Source of the DNA: Tubiluchus corallicola
Lineage: Eukaryota; Animalia; Priapulida
Length of the DNA stretch: 64,000 nucleotides
Reading direction: 5' to 3'
Assembly: GCA_030141605.1 (NCBI GenBank)
Contig: JAQGDQ010000046.1
Coordinates: 852,789 to 916,788 of the forward strand
Below are positions 61,079 through 64,000 of this stretch, piece after piece. A program made the translations under genes and the position numbers. The notes beneath the pieces are model-generated. The model was given only the letters and a program-made list of their open reading frames with translations. It was not told the origin of the DNA and ran no database searches. Numbering within the stretch: position 1 is the first letter of the stretch; each line of letters starts with the position of its first letter.

Positions 61079-63400
61079 CTAAGGTATGCCTTGGGAGTCT
61101 GCACAGGCTGGCTGCTCCAAAATGTTCATCTAGATGGTTCTTGAAAACATTCAAAGATGGTGCCTCCACAATCTGCTTTGGTAACTTATTCCATAATAAT
61201 GGTGCCCTAAATGTGAAAAATTATTTTCTTGTGTTGAGTCTACTATATTGTACTTTTAGTTTATACGCATGACCCCTTATCCTTCCTTCTTTGCTTTTTG
61301 CCAGTTTTATTGGTGTGTCATAGTAGCCGTGTGTGATCTTGTGTACTTCTATCATGTCACCTGGAAACTTACGGTATGTTAAACTAGGCAGTTTCACTGT
61401 CAACAATCTGTCTTCGTACTCCAGACTTGATATTAGTAAACCATTTTTGTTGCTCTACACTGTATGTTTTCTAGTAAACTGATGTCTTTCTATCTAATGT
61501 GGTGTATAATGGCAAAAGCATGATGGTGTCTATGTAGCCAAACAAGCCTTTCATCATTCTGACTATTCTGTTTCTCTTACTGGTTGCTGTTACTAAGTGT
61601 TCATCGAATTTCAGTTTACTATCTACAATAACTCCAAAATCTTTCTCACTCTCCATTTTGTCTAAGCCAATCGGTATTCCATCATTAAACATAACATAGT
61701 TATTGTGCATATTATGGCAACCTACATGCATCACTTTACATTTGTCTATACTGAACCTCATTTGCCAAACCTCAGCCCATTCTCATAGGTTGCTCAAGTC
61801 AGTTTGTAGTTTTTCAGCATCTGCTTGATAGTCAATTTCACTGAATATCTTTGCATCATCTGCAGACAGTCTAATAATATTTTCCACTAATTCAGGCATA
61901 TCATTTATATAGCAAATAAATAATATGGGACCCAACACCCCGCCTTGCAGAATGCCTGATAATACTGGTGCCCATCTTGACAATGCATTACTGACTTTGA
62001 CTCTTTCCACTGCGCCTGCAAAGAAAATCTTCTTTTCATTGATGTAGTTTTCCCCAGATGCCAAAGTCATGAAACTTTAGTAAGAGTCTTTTGTGAGGGA
62101 CTGAATCAAATGCCTTTACAAAATCTAAATAGATTGTGTCAAGTGAAGCTCCACGATTGATTCTTTTGGTACATAAATCGACAATGTCTAATAGTTGTGT
62201 AATAAAAGCCTTGCCTTTCAAAAATCTGTGTTATATTCTTGATATTTTGTCTTTTAGGTAATATGTCAATCGTTTTCGGATAATTTTCTCTAGTGTTTAC
62301 ATGGTAGTGACGTTAGGCTTACTGTTCTGTATTTGTTCTTATCAATTTTACTTCCCTTCTTGTAGATCGGTGAAACTTGACTCAACTTCCAATCTTCAGG
62401 TAGCTTTCCTTTGTCAAACAATTTACGGAAAAGTAATGTCAGCTGTTTAGCTAGTTCTGAGCTTGCTTCTTTTAAAAACCTCTGGTGCATACCGTCTATA
62501 CGGGCGATTTGTTTACATTCAGTGATCTATACCTTTGTTGATTCGCTTGCAGCTGTAATCTTAGGCGGGCGACCTCTTTCTGCTTTTGAATCGTATTTTC
62601 CTAGTCTCATAGGTATGCTGAATGCATCTCGAGGATTTAAGTCTAATTGTTGACAGACTTTCATTACGCAGTCCAGATCATAGATCTTCCTCTGTTCTGG
62701 ATATCCACCGCTGCATTCTGGTATGCCATAAAAGATTAAGTCGTTTCTCCCTTTCTGACATTTTGCTGAATGTTCTTTCTAATTCTTATTCCATTTGCCT
62801 TTGCTGTGCCATTGCTTACCCAAAACCTGAAATTTTCATAATTCTGCTCAAGCTCAGACCTACCGAGTGTTGTTTTTTCAAAGTCCATCATTCTGTTTTC
62901 CAGTTCTGTAAGTTTTACAGTTAAACTATCGATTTTGCCAGTCAGTTTCTTTGTACTTGTCTCACACTTATTGCAGTTCCAGTGAAAGGTTTTTGTTGGG
63001 TTCGCTACATGTATTTTGTGTGTTTTGAAGTCAACATCTTCGCCAACTAATATGCGCCAAAAATCACAAACCTCACATCTTAAACAAGGCTCATCTTTTT
63101 TACATAGTTTTCGGCACGTACCACACTTATATCCTGTTGATATTACCGACTTCCTAGTTTGAGACTTATTTGTGTCTATATTTCGTTGACCTGTAGCATT
63201 GGCCATACTAGCAATAGAAAAAATCTTCGACAGATGTGGTTTCCTCGATTATGAAAACTGAGATGTCACTACCTGTCTGTGTCAGGTGCGTACCAATTCT
63301 ACTGGAGAATTTTGACTGACTAGAAAATAGTACACTACAAAAATTTCACGAAATCTCAAACTTGCGACACGCAGCATAGTTTGTGATCTAATTAGGACAA
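60816..63400 (-). mobile_element. Degenerate, internally deleted CR1 LINE (PHD-finger ORF1 + RT) in PMM intron 1
   Basis: ORF1 63206-62736 has CGTC...CLRCEVC...WNCNKC (PHD-like) plus a coiled coil. RT motifs: LPEDWK..VSPIYKKG, YLDFVKAFDSVPH, SGILQGGVLGPILFICYIND, SADDAKIF, DKCKVMHVG, GDMIEVHKI, RGHAYKL. The 5' boundary is approximate. Confidence 0.92.
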
Positions 63401-64000
63401 TACACATAAATTCCGAGGTAAAAGGTAAAAGATACAAGTTTAGCGGGAGCAAATGTCATTAACTTGAACCAGAACCGGAACCATTACTACAGCAGACTTC
63501 TGCCCTTCAAAAAGCGTTTAAGATTTGCGTTTTTAAAACGGTGGCGGAAAACAGCGGTAGAATTGGCACCGATAATGTTAGGGTAGAAACGACACAGTAA
63601 TGGGTAAAATTTCTAAAAAAAACAAACTGTAATGCGTCATAAAGTTTAAATATTTAGCTTTAAACTGGCGTTTTCGGGTAAATGAAAAAGTGGAAAAGAA
63701 ATTAAGCAATATCGTTTTTGCTGTGACAAACTGCAATGCGTCAGTCTTTTAAAGAAATTGAGTCTCATTCACTTTCAATGTTCACTTACCACGCGGCTAA
63801 TTAAACATAAGCTTCCAATAAAAGAAAAAATATCGCTGTTAGAAGCTTTAATTATTAAACACATTAAATTTTCATTACCTTTCTCGGTGCAGTTAAAGTA
63901 CCATCAACATCAAATAAAAAAATTGTGGATCTGTCCCGCAAATCACGCTTCTCATCCATATTGTTTGTTAAACAAGTGAGCAAACTCCTTACCGCTGCCG

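Noticed and set aside
1-64000. Prokaryotic-type novel system (CRISPR array, retron, defence island)
   Set aside because: The window is eukaryotic with spliced genes. All RT motifs belong to decayed non-LTR retrotransposons, and no repeat-spacer array is visible.
63985-64000. End of PMM exon 1 (CGGCAGCG|gtaagg on the minus strand)
   Set aside because: It is donor-like, but the phase-0 join would not give the expected ...RQ|KIT, and only 8 exonic bases are visible. It cannot be supported without adjacent sequence.

Overview
This is an AT-rich eukaryotic (invertebrate animal-like) genomic window with spliced genes and GT-AG introns, not prokaryotic sequence. Supported genes: (1) an 11-coding-exon nucleoporin NUP58/NUPL1 on + (22862-38551); (2) an intronless rhodopsin-class GPCR nested antisense in its second coding intron (25862-26962, -); (3) a small ankyrin-repeat gene on + (about 41096-44434); (4) phosphomannomutase (PMM2-like) on - (50118-60542, first exon not found in the window); (5) possibly the 5' end of an unidentified gene on - at the left edge. 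The rest is mostly decayed non-LTR retrotransposons (CR1/L2-group, RTE), several MITE families (hAT-, Tc1/pogo- and PIF/Harbinger-like, one nested), microsatellites and two possible degenerate Penelope-type hammerhead relics. I found no well-supported new biological system. The most noteworthy feature is the nested antisense GPCR with atypical TM6/TM7 motifs. Gene models were assembled by hand from splice sites and reading-frame phase; family names come from recalled motifs, not from database searches.
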